From: an uncultured Clostridia bacterium
Lineage (GTDB): Bacteria > Bacillota > Clostridia > TANB77 > CAG-508
Assembly: GCA_934162365.1 (NCBI GenBank)
Contig: CAKPIK010000001.1
Coordinates: forward strand, 170,877-234,876
Length of the DNA: 64,000 nucleotides
Direction of reading: 5' to 3'
Position numbers and translations under genes: made by a program. This document shows positions 51,255-61,863 of this stretch, in pieces. Numbering within the stretch: position 1 is the first letter of the stretch; the number at the start of each line of letters is the position of its first letter. The notes under the pieces were generated by a model. The model made no database searches. It was not told the origin of the DNA and saw nothing but the letters and a program-made list of their open reading frames with translations.

Positions 51255-52523
51255 ATGAAAAAAATAAATATAAAAAAAGGTATAGATTTACATTTAATAG
51301 AAACAAATAAATTTAAAACAAACTTATTAGCTGTATTTTTAACTACCCCATTACAAAAGGAGACAGTTACAAAAAATGCACTTATACCAGCTGTTTTAAG
51401 AAGAGGCTCAAAAAATATGAAAACACAAGATGAAATAAGTATTACTTTAGAAGAAATGTATGGGGCATCATTTGACTGCGGTATAGATAAAATTGGAGAT
51501 GACCAAATTCTAAAATTCTACTTAGAAACAATTAATAATGAGTTTTTACCAGAACAGGAGGATAATTTAAAAAAAGCAATAGATATTTTGCTAGAAGTAG
51601 TATTTAGTCCATTGTTGGAAAATAATCATTTCAACAATGAATATGTTGAAGGTGAAAAAAATAACTTAAAACAAGTTATAGAAGGAAGAAAAGACTCTAA
51701 AGCAGCATATGCATTAGAAAGATGTGTAGAAGAAATGTACAAAAATAATCCATATAGCTTGTATAAATATGGAAATACAGAAGATCTAGAAAATATAAAT
51801 GCAGATAATTTATATGAACAATATAAAACATTAATAAATAATTGTAAAATTGATATATTCATATCAGGTGACATAAAAGAAAATGTAAAAGAAGATGTAT
51901 TTAATAATGAAAATATAGAAAAACTAAATGCCAGAGAAGCAAAGTATATAATAAATAATAAAGAAAATAGAAAAAAAGAAGAAAAACAAGAACAAGAAGT
52001 TTCAGATAGTATGGATGTAAATCAAGGAAAACTAATTATTGGGCTAGATGTACTACAAGAAAATGACAATGATAAATACACTGCTTTAGTATATAATGCA
52101 ATACTTGGTGGAACACCAACATCAAAAATGTTTCAAAATGTAAGAGAAAAAAATTCATTAGCATATACAGCATCATCAAGCTTTATAAGACAAAAAGCTA
52201 ATATATTTATAAAATGTGGAATAGATATTCCAAACTATAAAAAAGCCTTAGAAATAATAAAAGAACAACTAGAAGATATGAAAAAAGGTGAATTTACAGA
52301 TGCAAATATAGATGAAGCTAAAAACAATATAATATCAACAATAAAATTCATACCAGATGAACAAGATACAGAATTAATGTATTATTTCTCACAAGAATTA
52401 TCTGGGTACGAAATGAGTTATGAAAACTATATAAACAAAGTAAATGAAATAAAGAAAGAAGATATTATAGAACTAGCTAAAAGAATACAAATAAATACAA
52501 TATATTTTTTAACTAATAAATAA
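51255..52523 (+). CDS. M16-family (pitrilysin-like) peptidase homolog lacking the HxxEH zinc motif (probable non-catalytic partner)
   Basis: Paired with the downstream M16 gene. No HxxEH is present. The probable start is the internal ATG with RBS AAGAGGAGG (the ORF-track start is 51219). Confidence 0.65.
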   Translation: MKKINIKKGIDLHLIETNKFKTNLLAVFLTTPLQKETVTKNALIPAVLRRGSKNMKTQDEISITLEEMYGASFDCGIDKIGDDQILKFYLETINNEFLPEQEDNLKKAIDILLEVVFSPLLENNHFNNEYVEGEKNNLKQVIEGRKDSKAAYALERCVEEMYKNNPYSLYKYGNTEDLENINADNLYEQYKTLINNCKIDIFISGDIKENVKEDVFNNENIEKLNAREAKYIINNKENRKKEEKQEQEVSDSMDVNQGKLIIGLDVLQENDNDKYTALVYNAILGGTPTSKMFQNVREKNSLAYTASSSFIRQKANIFIKCGIDIPNYKKALEIIKEQLEDMKKGEFTDANIDEAKNNIISTIKFIPDEQDTELMYYFSQELSGYEMSYENYINKVNEIKKEDIIELAKRIQINTIYFLTNK

Positions 52524-52546
52524 CTTACACAAGAAAGGAAAAAGTT

Positions 52547-53842
52547 ATGCAAATTATTGAAAATATAAAAATAAAAGAAAAGCTATATATAGAAAAGCTA
52601 GAAAATGGTCTAACTGTAATGATAATTCCTAAAAATAATACAATGAAAAAATATATTATGTGGGGAACAAATTTTGGTTCAATAGACAATCATTTTATAT
52701 TGCCAAAAACCAAAGAAGAAATCACAATACCAGATGGTGTTGCACATTTTTTGGAGCATAAAATGTTTGAACAAAGAAGCGGAGTAAATAGCTTAGATAA
52801 ATTGTCTAGTATAGGGGTAGATGCAAATGCATATACAACAAATGATTATACAACATATTTATATGAGTGTAATGATCATTTTTATGAAGCTTTAGACGAA
52901 TTTATGGATTATGTACAAAACCCATATTATACAGATGAAAATGTTGAAAAAGAAAAGGGAATAATAGCTCAAGAAATAAAAATGTATGATGACCATCCGT
53001 TTTGGCAAGTATACCTAAATGCTATGAAATGCTTATATAAAGAAAATCCAGTAAGATTAGATATTGCCGGAACTGTTGAATCTATAAGTGGAATAAACAA
53101 AGAAATGCTTTACTCTTGCTATAATACATTCTATACTCCATCAAATATGCTTATGGTAGTAAGTGGCGATTTCGTACCAGAACAATTAATAGAAGAAATA
53201 AAAAAGAGATTAATAAAAAAGGAAACTAGTTTAGAAGTTAAAAGAATATATCCAGAAGAACCAGAAACAATAAATGAAAAAGAAAAAAATGTAAAAATGG
53301 ACGTAAACAATCCATTATTTGTAATAGCATTTAAAGATACTGTATTAGAAAACAAAGAAGAACTTGTAAAAAAACATATAGCAATAGAAATATTATTATA
53401 TATGCTAATTGGTAAGAGCTCTAAATTGTATCAAACATTATATAATGAGGGACTTTTAATATCACAACCAGACTTGGACTATGAATTTTCAAAAGAATAT
53501 GCACATATAACAATATCTGGACAATCTAACAATCCTAAAAAAGTAAAAGAAAAATTTCAAAAAGAATTACAAAACATGAAAGAAAAAGGGATAGATGAAT
53601 CGATATTTAATAGAATAAAGAAAAAAATATATGGTGGATATGTAACTGAATTTAATGATGTATCAAATATTGCTAGAATGTTTATGAGCGATTATTTTAA
53701 AGGAATAAATAGTTTTGAATATATAGAAAACTTCAATCAAGTAACAAAAGAATATGCACAACAAATACTACAAGAAACGTTTGACGATGATAAAATGATT
53801 TTATCAATAGTAGAAGGAAGTAAAAGTGTAGAAAAAGAATAA
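52547..53842 (+). CDS. M16-family zinc peptidase (active, inverted zincin motif HFLEH)
   Basis: GVAHFLEHKMFE is the HxxEH motif with a downstream E. 431 aa. Confidence 0.75.
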   Translation: MQIIENIKIKEKLYIEKLENGLTVMIIPKNNTMKKYIMWGTNFGSIDNHFILPKTKEEITIPDGVAHFLEHKMFEQRSGVNSLDKLSSIGVDANAYTTNDYTTYLYECNDHFYEALDEFMDYVQNPYYTDENVEKEKGIIAQEIKMYDDHPFWQVYLNAMKCLYKENPVRLDIAGTVESISGINKEMLYSCYNTFYTPSNMLMVVSGDFVPEQLIEEIKKRLIKKETSLEVKRIYPEEPETINEKEKNVKMDVNNPLFVIAFKDTVLENKEELVKKHIAIEILLYMLIGKSSKLYQTLYNEGLLISQPDLDYEFSKEYAHITISGQSNNPKKVKEKFQKELQNMKEKGIDESIFNRIKKKIYGGYVTEFNDVSNIARMFMSDYFKGINSFEYIENFNQVTKEYAQQILQETFDDDKMILSIVEGSKSVEKE

Positions 53843-54012
53843 AAAAGTATTCTTTGAGTCGAAAAATAAAAAACGCCAAAAGAATATTGAAGAAAACATT
53901 GAAAAAAGACACACGAAAAAGGCTATTTATAGCCTTTTTTTGTTGACTTAACTGAGAAAATATGGTAATTTTAAATTAATAAAGAAAAAGCTCAAAAGGA
54001 GGAGGAAAGTGT

Positions 54013-54216
54013 ATGTTAGAAGATGAAATTACAAGAAAAAGAAAAGAATTGAACGAAAGCATAGAAAATGCTGGAAAATATGAAGACGTATACAGACTAA
54101 GTATTGAGCTTGATGAATTAATAACTGAATTTTACAAAGATTCAAAAGATAAAAATAAAAGAAGATTATTCTTTAAAGAACGAAAGAACATAAAGAAAAT
54201 ATTATATATAGCATAG
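54013..54216 (+). CDS. Spo0E-like sporulation regulatory (aspartyl-phosphate phosphatase) protein
   Basis: 67 aa helical hairpin. RKELNE...LSIELDELI resembles the Spo0E family signature. Strong RBS AGGAGGAGG. Confidence 0.55.
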   Translation: MLEDEITRKRKELNESIENAGKYEDVYRLSIELDELITEFYKDSKDKNKRRLFFKERKNIKKILYIA

Positions 54217-54347
54217 AACACCATATTTATTAAGGTGTTCTTTTTATTTGAATTATTACAAAAATATTATTTTTTCTAAAAAACTATTGAAAAATTTACA
54301 AAATCATGTAAAATTAAAGTAATAATCAGAATATGCGGAGGAAGAAA

Positions 54348-55481
54348 ATGAAAAAAGTTATATATAAAGCTTTGATAGCTATATTTTTTATATTGCTTTT
54401 ACAAATAATAATTAGTAGCAAAGCATATGGGGTAGAATTTGATGTTTTGAATAGTGCGAATAAAAAAATTGATAGTATTAAATGTGAAAACGGAAAGTCT
54501 ATTACATTGAAGATTGCAGTAAAATATAACCAATTCTTTAATGATCCTTATGCAGAATGGGATGGAGATGGCACATATATAAAAACAAATGGGTATACTG
54601 AGACTAAGATCGATGGATATGATTGGTGTGTAGAGGCATATTTTAATACTGTACAAGCAGGTAACGGAAAAATAACAATTACTGTTTACAGTAAATTTGA
54701 TGGGCTTTTAAAAGTAGATGAAAAAACTATTGAGATACCAGTCACAATACAAAAATCTAGTGAAGAAATAGAACGTGAAAAACTTGAAAATTTTTGCCAT
54801 AATAATAAAGCTAATGATGTGACAACAGCTGCAGATCAGCTAATGTATTTAAGAAGTGTTATTTATAATGATAAAAAGAACAACAATAATAGCTTGTGGA
54901 CAGCATTTGTATCAAGTACTACACCAGAGAAAAGAAAAGAGTGGTATAAAAATATAACTTATAATATAAGAAACTCTACAAGTGAAACTCAAACAGTAGA
55001 AAATAAATTAAAAGCACAAATTGATATTGATAGTGCACAAACTGAAGAAGAAAAAAAGAAAGCACAAGAAAATTTTAATGATGAAAGTAATAAGGCGGCA
55101 AATGCACAAGAGGAAGCTTATAGAAAAATAGTAGCCCAATTAAGAAAAGGCGAATCTACTCCAAGAGACAATGTTACATTTGTTGATGTATTACAAAACG
55201 TTGATAGTTATGTTCCTAGTGATACTGTAACTGGAAGTGATGCACAAAAAATAACTGAAAAAGCAAGTTTGATTTTAACTATTATAACGAATGTGGGAAT
55301 TGTATTAGCTATATTAATGTCAGCTATATTAGGCATTAAATATATGCTTGGTAGCTTAGAGGAAAAAGCTGAATATAAAAAGGACTTATTACCATATTTT
55401 ATAGGTTCAATATTGTTGTTTGGAGTATGTACAATAGTAAAAGTATTACAAACATTAGGACAAAGTATAAATAATATTTAA
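54348..55481 (+). CDS. secreted protein with large N-terminal ectodomain fused to a C-terminal VirB2/TrbC-like pilin module
   Basis: Signal peptide. The C-terminal 70 aa (VGIVLAILMSAILGIKYMLGSLEEKAEYKKDLLPYFIGSILLFG) is paralogous to the two downstream small pilin-like proteins. Start is the internal ATG with RBS GGAGGAAG. Confidence 0.5.
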   Translation: MKKVIYKALIAIFFILLLQIIISSKAYGVEFDVLNSANKKIDSIKCENGKSITLKIAVKYNQFFNDPYAEWDGDGTYIKTNGYTETKIDGYDWCVEAYFNTVQAGNGKITITVYSKFDGLLKVDEKTIEIPVTIQKSSEEIEREKLENFCHNNKANDVTTAADQLMYLRSVIYNDKKNNNNSLWTAFVSSTTPEKRKEWYKNITYNIRNSTSETQTVENKLKAQIDIDSAQTEEEKKKAQENFNDESNKAANAQEEAYRKIVAQLRKGESTPRDNVTFVDVLQNVDSYVPSDTVTGSDAQKITEKASLILTIITNVGIVLAILMSAILGIKYMLGSLEEKAEYKKDLLPYFIGSILLFGVCTIVKVLQTLGQSINNI

Positions 55482-55550
55482 AAAAATTTGCAAAAAGTTG
55501 CTAAATATTGTATAATTATGTTAAACTAATAATAAAAGGAGGGGAAATGC

Positions 55551-55925
55551 ATGAAAAATACAATTAAAGTTTCAATTCTAGTATTATTAATTATCATGTT
55601 GTTTATCCCTCGTACTTTTGCAATTGGTGATATCTTAAGCAAAGGTGAAGATTGGACTAATATAGGCTCACAACATACAGGACAAACAATGGATACCACA
55701 GAAATTAACAAAGTATCTAGTGACTTATATAACTTATTACTTGCAGTAGCAACTGTAGTGGCAGTTATTGTTGGAGCAATATTAGGAATTAAATTTATGA
55801 CAGCAGGAATAGATGAAAAAGTTCAGGTAAAAGAATCTTTATTTCCATACTTAATAAGCTGTATAGTAGTATTTGGTTCATTAGGAATATGGAAACTGGT
55901 AGTAAAGATTATGAGTAGTTTTTAA
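55551..55925 (+). CDS. VirB2/TrbC-like pilin-family protein (signal peptide plus two hydrophobic helices joined by a charged loop)
   Basis: Topology and conserved ILGIK(F/Y)M..(E/D)EK....PY segment. Confidence 0.5.
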   Translation: MKNTIKVSILVLLIIMLFIPRTFAIGDILSKGEDWTNIGSQHTGQTMDTTEINKVSSDLYNLLLAVATVVAVIVGAILGIKFMTAGIDEKVQVKESLFPYLISCIVVFGSLGIWKLVVKIMSSF

Positions 55926-55992
55926 TGTTATCTTAAATTAAAAATTAAGATATTTAAAATAAATTATAAATAAAAGAAAGGGAGGAAATTAT

Positions 55993-56349
55993 ATGAAAAA
56001 ACTAGATAAAGTTTTAAGTATAGTTATGATAGTACTTATGTTAGCATGTGTTTGTACAAGCGTATTTGCAGCTGTTAATCCTGATCAAATAACAGGAAAT
56101 ACAGGTACACAAGCTGATACTACTATAACAAATATAGGTAACTCTATATTAAGTATTATAACAAGTGTTGGTATAGTACTTGCAATTGTTTTAGTTGCTA
56201 TTCTAGGTATTAAATACATGATGGGAAGTACAGAAGAAAAAGCTGAATACAAAAAATCAATGATACCTTATTTAGTAGGTGCTGTATTAGTATTTGGCGC
56301 TTCTGCAATTGGTAAAGCTGTAATACAATTCGGAAAAACAATTGTATAA
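55993..56349 (+). CDS. VirB2/TrbC-like pilin-family protein, paralog
   Basis: VGIVLAIVLVAILGIKYMMGSTEEKAEYKKSMIPYLVGAVLVFG matches the C-terminal module of the 54348 gene. A terminator follows at 56404-56433. Confidence 0.5.
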   Translation: MKKLDKVLSIVMIVLMLACVCTSVFAAVNPDQITGNTGTQADTTITNIGNSILSIITSVGIVLAIVLVAILGIKYMMGSTEEKAEYKKSMIPYLVGAVLVFGASAIGKAVIQFGKTIV

Positions 56350-56477
56350 TATATATTGTTACAATAATGTTACAAATATATTAAAAATTTAATATTTTTA
56401 GACAAAAACCTTACAATTTGTAAGGTTTTTTGTTATAATATAATAAGATATATAATGCTATTATTGGGAGGAAAAAT

Positions 56478-56816
56478 ATGGGAACATATATGATACCTAG
56501 AAACACAAAAGGAGAAGGAAGAATATTATTTATATTCTCAACTAAAGCCTTAATATACACTGTAGTTGGTGGTGGAATTGGACTACCTATTTACTGGATT
56601 TTTAAAGCAGTAGGTTTATCAATTGTTGGAATAATTGTAATGGCATTATTAGCATTACTTGGATTTTGTATAGGAACATTTAAAATACCAAATTCAAATG
56701 CATTTAGAGTAACTAGACTAGTTGGTGGAGAAAACATTGATGATGTAATATTAAGATATATAAAATTCAAAAAGAAAAAGAATAAGATTTACATTACAAA
56801 AGAGGAGGAAGTATAA
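56478..56816 (+). CDS. VirB3-like / PrgI-TcpE-like small T4SS membrane protein
   Basis: 112 aa with two TM helices, immediately upstream of the VirB4-like region, as is typical. Confidence 0.45.
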   Translation: MGTYMIPRNTKGEGRILFIFSTKALIYTVVGGGIGLPIYWIFKAVGLSIVGIIVMALLALLGFCIGTFKIPNSNAFRVTRLVGGENIDDVILRYIKFKKKKNKIYITKEEEV

Positions 56817-56817
56817 A

Positions 56818-58020
56818 ATGAGTGGTCAAGACGTAACTAAATTATTAATGGTGTTTTTAGCACTAAGCATTATAATATTATTTGTTTTGATAGTAGTATT
56901 TATAATACTTTCAGTAAAGAAAAAGCAAAAAGAGAGTGATAATAACAACACAAAAATTAAAACAAAAGATATTACACCAAATACTAACATTATTCAAACA
57001 AAAATGTATACATCTGAAAATATAAAGAAATTTATGGATTTCGATGATATAAAAGATAATATGATTATACAAAAAGATGGTAAAAGACTTGTAATGGTAA
57101 TTAAATGCCAAGGTGTTAATTATGACTTGATGAGCTCTATTGAAAAAGTTGGAGTTGAACAAGGGTTTATACAATTTTTAAATACATTAACAAGACCAAT
57201 TCAATTATACGTACAAGCAAGAAAAGTTAATCTTGAAGAAAGCGTTTCTAACTATAATAAAAGATTAAAAGTTATTGAGATGAATTATAATAAAATTCGA
57301 ATGCAATATGAACAAGCTCAAAAGGATACAAGTATTAGTGATGCAAAATTTAAAGAGATAAAGATGGAATATATAAGACAAAAGAATTTATATGAATATA
57401 CAAAAGATATAATTTCTAATACTGAAAAAATGAGTTTAAATAAAAATATACTAACTAAAAATTATTATATTGCAATATCATACTATCCAGATAATAGTGA
57501 TGATTTATTTAAAAAAGACGAGCTATTAGATATGGCCTTTTCAGAGTTATATACAAATGCACAAGCAATATTAAGAACATTATCTGTTTGTGGTGTTACA
57601 GGAAAAGTTTTAGATTCAACAGAATTAGCAGATTTGCTATATGTTGCATATAATAGGGACGCTTCTGAAATCTATGGCGTTGATAAAGCTATAAAAGCTG
57701 GATATGACTCATTATATACAACAGCTCCAGATGTAATAAATAGAAAAATAGAAGAATTAGATAAAATAATAAATGAAAGAGCATTAAATTTAGCAAATGA
57801 AACTGTAGACAAAGTCTACATGAAAAACAAGAGACAAAAAGAATTAGAAATGAAAGAAGAAAATTTAGATTCTTTAATAAAAGAAATGGCTAAGAATTTA
57901 ATAGAAGAAAACGAAGGCTACATACCTAAGGACATTGCAGAAGCATCTATAAAAGAAATAGATGGAACTAATGAAGTAAAAGAGACAAAAAAAGAAGAAC
58001 TAGGAAAGGAGCTTAATTAA
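56818..58020 (+). CDS. T4SS-associated bitopic membrane protein (400 aa, N-terminal TM plus coiled coil, possible VirB8-like role)
   Basis: ATGA overlap with the upstream gene. Single N-terminal TM. The family assignment is uncertain. Confidence 0.4.
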   Translation: MSGQDVTKLLMVFLALSIIILFVLIVVFIILSVKKKQKESDNNNTKIKTKDITPNTNIIQTKMYTSENIKKFMDFDDIKDNMIIQKDGKRLVMVIKCQGVNYDLMSSIEKVGVEQGFIQFLNTLTRPIQLYVQARKVNLEESVSNYNKRLKVIEMNYNKIRMQYEQAQKDTSISDAKFKEIKMEYIRQKNLYEYTKDIISNTEKMSLNKNILTKNYYIAISYYPDNSDDLFKKDELLDMAFSELYTNAQAILRTLSVCGVTGKVLDSTELADLLYVAYNRDASEIYGVDKAIKAGYDSLYTTAPDVINRKIEELDKIINERALNLANETVDKVYMKNKRQKELEMKEENLDSLIKEMAKNLIEENEGYIPKDIAEASIKEIDGTNEVKETKKEELGKELN

Positions 58021-58021
58021 T

Positions 58022-59968
58022 ATGAGTAAGAAAACTAAAGAAATTGAGAGAGAAGACTTAATTGAAGATAATAATAAACAACTTAATATGTTTGAAGCCA
58101 AAAATATAAAAGATATAATAGCTCCTTCAGGAATAGACGCTTCAAATTTGAATCATTTAGAAATAATATCACATACAAATAGATTAGCAAGAAGCTTCTT
58201 TGTATCAACTCTTCCACGTATGGGAACATTTCCAGAACTATTAAGAGAAATGTATGATTTTGGAGATATAAACGTTTCTGTATATATAACTCCAGTACAA
58301 GAAGCAACATCACAACAAGAATTAAATAGAACTATAAATGAACTTGAAACAGAAAGATTAGTTGCTGCTGGTAAAGGAAATATAAATAGAGAAGCTGTAC
58401 TTGCACAAAAAAAATATGAAACAGAACAATTAAGAGATGAAATAGCAGCAGGATTTAATAAAATGTTTGAAGCTTCAATTATATCAACTGTGTTTGCATA
58501 TAATATGGAAGACCTAGAGAGATATACAAAATTGTTATCTACAGAAATGGGCAAGACTCAAATTGGTTTAAAAACTGCATGGGCTATGCAAGAGGAAGCA
58601 TTTAAAAGTAATGTTCCATTATGTAACAATTTACTTTCAAATAAAAAACATACATTTGATAGAAACTCAATGGGAACAGTATTTCCATTTACTTCTTCAG
58701 AAGTAGGACATCCTACTGGAGTTCCAATAGGATATAATAAACAAACAGGAACACCAATACTTTTTGATAATTTCCATTCATCACTTACAAACTACAATAT
58801 GGTTATATTTGCTAAGTCTGGTGCTGGTAAATCTGTTACCATGAAAACATTAATATCACGTTCTAGTGTGCTTATGGGAATAGAAAGTTTAGCACTTGAT
58901 GCAGAAGGTGAGTATACAATAGTTGCAGAAAGTCTTGGAGGAATAAATGTTATATTAAGCCCAACATCTCCAACTATAATAAATGTATTCGATATAGAAC
59001 CTGAATTAATAAAAGATGAAATAACAGGAAGAGAAAGAGCAGTATTAAATGTACCAAATAAAGTAGAAGATGTTACACAAGCATTACTTACTATGGCAAA
59101 AGGAAGTACAAGAAGCACAGAAGTAAACGAGGTAACAAAGCAAATTATAGCAGAAGCTGTTGCAGATGAATATGAGGCTTATGGAATAAATAATAATATA
59201 AACAGTTTGTATAAAAGCGATGTAACTTTAATAAACGAAGGACAAATAGAAAAAGAAAAGAAAGAAATGCCAACAATTGGTTCTTGGTATAAAAGAATAG
59301 TGAAAATGTCAAAGGAAAATACAAATCCTGATTATACAAAACATTATAGCTATTTAATAAAAGTTATGAAACAATACATAAGAGAATTTGATGGACAAAT
59401 GGCATATTTCGATGGACAATCTACATTTGAACTATTAGATGGAGCACCATTTATAAATCTTGATATTTCCCAATTAGAGGAAAGATTTGCAAGACCACTT
59501 GCACAACAAATATTGCTTTCTTGGATTTGGGAAAAATTTGTTAAGAAAAATAGTGAAGATAGAAGAAGAGCAAAACAAAAAAGAGTTATAGTTGATGAGG
59601 CATGGATGTTACTTCCATACCCAGAAGCTGTAGACTTCTTGAATAAAATGGCACGTCGTGCAAGAAAAAGAAATGTATCTTTGGCAATTATTTCACAAAG
59701 ATTCCAAGACTTTTATGAAAAACCAGAAGCACAGGCTGTTCTTACATCATCAGATACAAAACTATTTTTAGCACAAGATAAATCTGAGATACAATATTTA
59801 AAAGAAGTATTTAAACTATCAGAAGGAGAAGCAAGTTATTTAATAACTGCTCAAAAAGGAGAAGGCTTATTAAAAGTTGGAAATGATACTGCAATACTAA
59901 AGATTACACCAACAAAGAAAGAATTTGAATTTGTTGAAACAAACTTAAATAAATTAGCGAATAGATAG
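58022..59968 (+). CDS. VirB4-like conjugative transfer ATPase (TcpF/PrgJ/TrsE family)
   Basis: Walker A FAKSGAGKSVTMK, Walker B RVIVDEAWMLL. 648 aa. Confidence 0.8.
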   Translation: MSKKTKEIEREDLIEDNNKQLNMFEAKNIKDIIAPSGIDASNLNHLEIISHTNRLARSFFVSTLPRMGTFPELLREMYDFGDINVSVYITPVQEATSQQELNRTINELETERLVAAGKGNINREAVLAQKKYETEQLRDEIAAGFNKMFEASIISTVFAYNMEDLERYTKLLSTEMGKTQIGLKTAWAMQEEAFKSNVPLCNNLLSNKKHTFDRNSMGTVFPFTSSEVGHPTGVPIGYNKQTGTPILFDNFHSSLTNYNMVIFAKSGAGKSVTMKTLISRSSVLMGIESLALDAEGEYTIVAESLGGINVILSPTSPTIINVFDIEPELIKDEITGRERAVLNVPNKVEDVTQALLTMAKGSTRSTEVNEVTKQIIAEAVADEYEAYGINNNINSLYKSDVTLINEGQIEKEKKEMPTIGSWYKRIVKMSKENTNPDYTKHYSYLIKVMKQYIREFDGQMAYFDGQSTFELLDGAPFINLDISQLEERFARPLAQQILLSWIWEKFVKKNSEDRRRAKQKRVIVDEAWMLLPYPEAVDFLNKMARRARKRNVSLAIISQRFQDFYEKPEAQAVLTSSDTKLFLAQDKSEIQYLKEVFKLSEGEASYLITAQKGEGLLKVGNDTAILKITPTKKEFEFVETNLNKLANR

Positions 59969-59985
59969 AAAGGGAGAACATTTAA

Positions 59986-61863
59986 ATGAACATGTTTTCA
60001 AAAAAACAAATAACAAAAAAGTTCATATTGATATTAGTGTTGCTTATATTACTTAAATTTATTTTACCACTTAGTGTAAGAGCTGATGAAACAATTTTTG
60101 GAGGAAGTACAATTAAGGACTCTGCTAACACATATAATTATGAAACTAGCAATCCGAGTAAAGAAGGCGGATTCTTTGATATAGGAACTAACTTTACAAA
60201 ATTGTTATTTCTAGGAGAAAGAGCAATAATAGGAGCTTTAAATAATATTTTTTGTGATGAAGAACATAAATTTGTATATGGAATAAAAGGTGAAAACATT
60301 GTTGTTGAAAATCTTAATTTAACACCAGAAAGTATAATAAAAGGAAGCTTCGTGTTATTTGATGCAGATATATTTAAAGATATATCAGATACTTCAAAAT
60401 ATTTTGATGCTGGTAAAACTGATACAGTAAATGGAAAGATAGAGTTAAGAAATACTGTTGCAGGTTGGTATTATGCATTAAGAAATTTTGCAATAGTAGC
60501 TCTTTTGTCTGTGTTAGTTTATGTTGGAATAAGAATGATAACATCAACAATATCACAAGATAAAGCAAAATTTAAGATAATGCTTAAGGATTGGCTTGTA
60601 GCTTTATGTCTGGTTGTTGTTATGCATTATATAATGATAACAATATTAAATTTATCTAGTATGATAACAGATGCAATTGCTGGACCAGGTGGAGCAGCAA
60701 GTTCACAAACAGAAGGTTTAATGCAAAAAATAGGAACAATTACAGAAGCAGATAAATCATACACTGTAACTTACGACGGAAAAGCACGTGACGATATTAG
60801 AGCGATTATGGTTACCACAGATGAGAACAACCAAGTTACAGAACTAGAATTTTATGACATAGGTGATGCACTAGCATTTATGTTATTGTTATTAGTTATA
60901 ATATTCTATACTGGGTTATTTGCAGTTAAATATTTAAAAAGGGAATTTACAATAATATTCTTAATATTATTAGCACCAATATCTGCTGTAACATATCCAA
61001 TAGATAAAATTGCAGATGGAAAAGCACAAGCATTTAACAAGTGGTTTTATGAATTTTTGTATAATATTATAATTCAACCATTTCATTTGTTAATCTATGT
61101 GGTATTAGTAGGATCTGCCACTCAATTAGCAAATGACAACATATTATATTCAATTATATGTTTTGCTGTTATGATACCAGCAGAAAAATTTATAAAAGAA
61201 ATGTTTGGATTTAGAGATAAATTAGGATCACCTCTTGGTGGCTTTGCAGGAGGAGCTATAGCTAGTCAATTACTTAATAAAATGAAAGGTGGAGGATCTT
61301 CTGGTAAGAGCGGAAAAGAAAATAATGATGATAGTACATCTAATAAAATACCACCAAGAACGGTTGATGATGCTAATTTAATGAATGGAGAGAATAAAGA
61401 AAGTTTACAAGCTTCAGAAGAAGGTAATACAGCTAATATTAATGAACAAGATGTTGGAGATGGAGAAAATAATTTGGCAGGTGTAGAAGATAGTACAGCT
61501 AATATTAGTGATACGAGTGGTGAACTTGGAGAAGGCGAAAATCTAGAAGAAAACGATTTAGAAAATGAAGATAATACTCAAGCTAGCAGTAGTGGAGATT
61601 CAACTCTTGATAGTTCTGGTGAAAAACAAGACTTTATTTCGAAAGTAAAAAGTAAACATAATCTAAGAATGACTAAAAAATGGGGTTCGGCAAATAGAGG
61701 AAAAAGATGGATAAATCGAGGAAAAAAATTACGGAAAAGGAACATTGAAAACTGCTGCAACAGGAGCAGGAGCCTTAGCTGGAGGAACATTGAGCTTTAT
61801 GATGGGACAAGGCTTTGGAAAAGGAGCATTAGCAGGAGGTACCATTGGAAATACTTTATATAA
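59986..61863 (+). CDS. VirB6-like polytopic membrane protein with acidic low-complexity C-terminal region
   Basis: Signal/TM at the N-terminus, then 5-6 TM helices (positions about 160-400 aa), then a D/E/N/G-rich region. The final 50 codons look out-of-frame. Confidence 0.55.
   Translation: MNMFSKKQITKKFILILVLLILLKFILPLSVRADETIFGGSTIKDSANTYNYETSNPSKEGGFFDIGTNFTKLLFLGERAIIGALNNIFCDEEHKFVYGIKGENIVVENLNLTPESIIKGSFVLFDADIFKDISDTSKYFDAGKTDTVNGKIELRNTVAGWYYALRNFAIVALLSVLVYVGIRMITSTISQDKAKFKIMLKDWLVALCLVVVMHYIMITILNLSSMITDAIAGPGGAASSQTEGLMQKIGTITEADKSYTVTYDGKARDDIRAIMVTTDENNQVTELEFYDIGDALAFMLLLLVIIFYTGLFAVKYLKREFTIIFLILLAPISAVTYPIDKIADGKAQAFNKWFYEFLYNIIIQPFHLLIYVVLVGSATQLANDNILYSIICFAVMIPAEKFIKEMFGFRDKLGSPLGGFAGGAIASQLLNKMKGGGSSGKSGKENNDDSTSNKIPPRTVDDANLMNGENKESLQASEEGNTANINEQDVGDGENNLAGVEDSTANISDTSGELGEGENLEENDLENEDNTQASSSGDSTLDSSGEKQDFISKVKSKHNLRMTKKWGSANRGKRWINRGKKLRKRNIENCCNRSRSLSWRNIELYDGTRLWKRSISRRYHWKYFI

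Noticed and set aside
61578-61790. Minus-strand ORF in the acidic low-complexity region of the VirB6-like gene
   Set aside because: It is a reverse translation of the GAA/GAT-rich repeat and is not protein-like.
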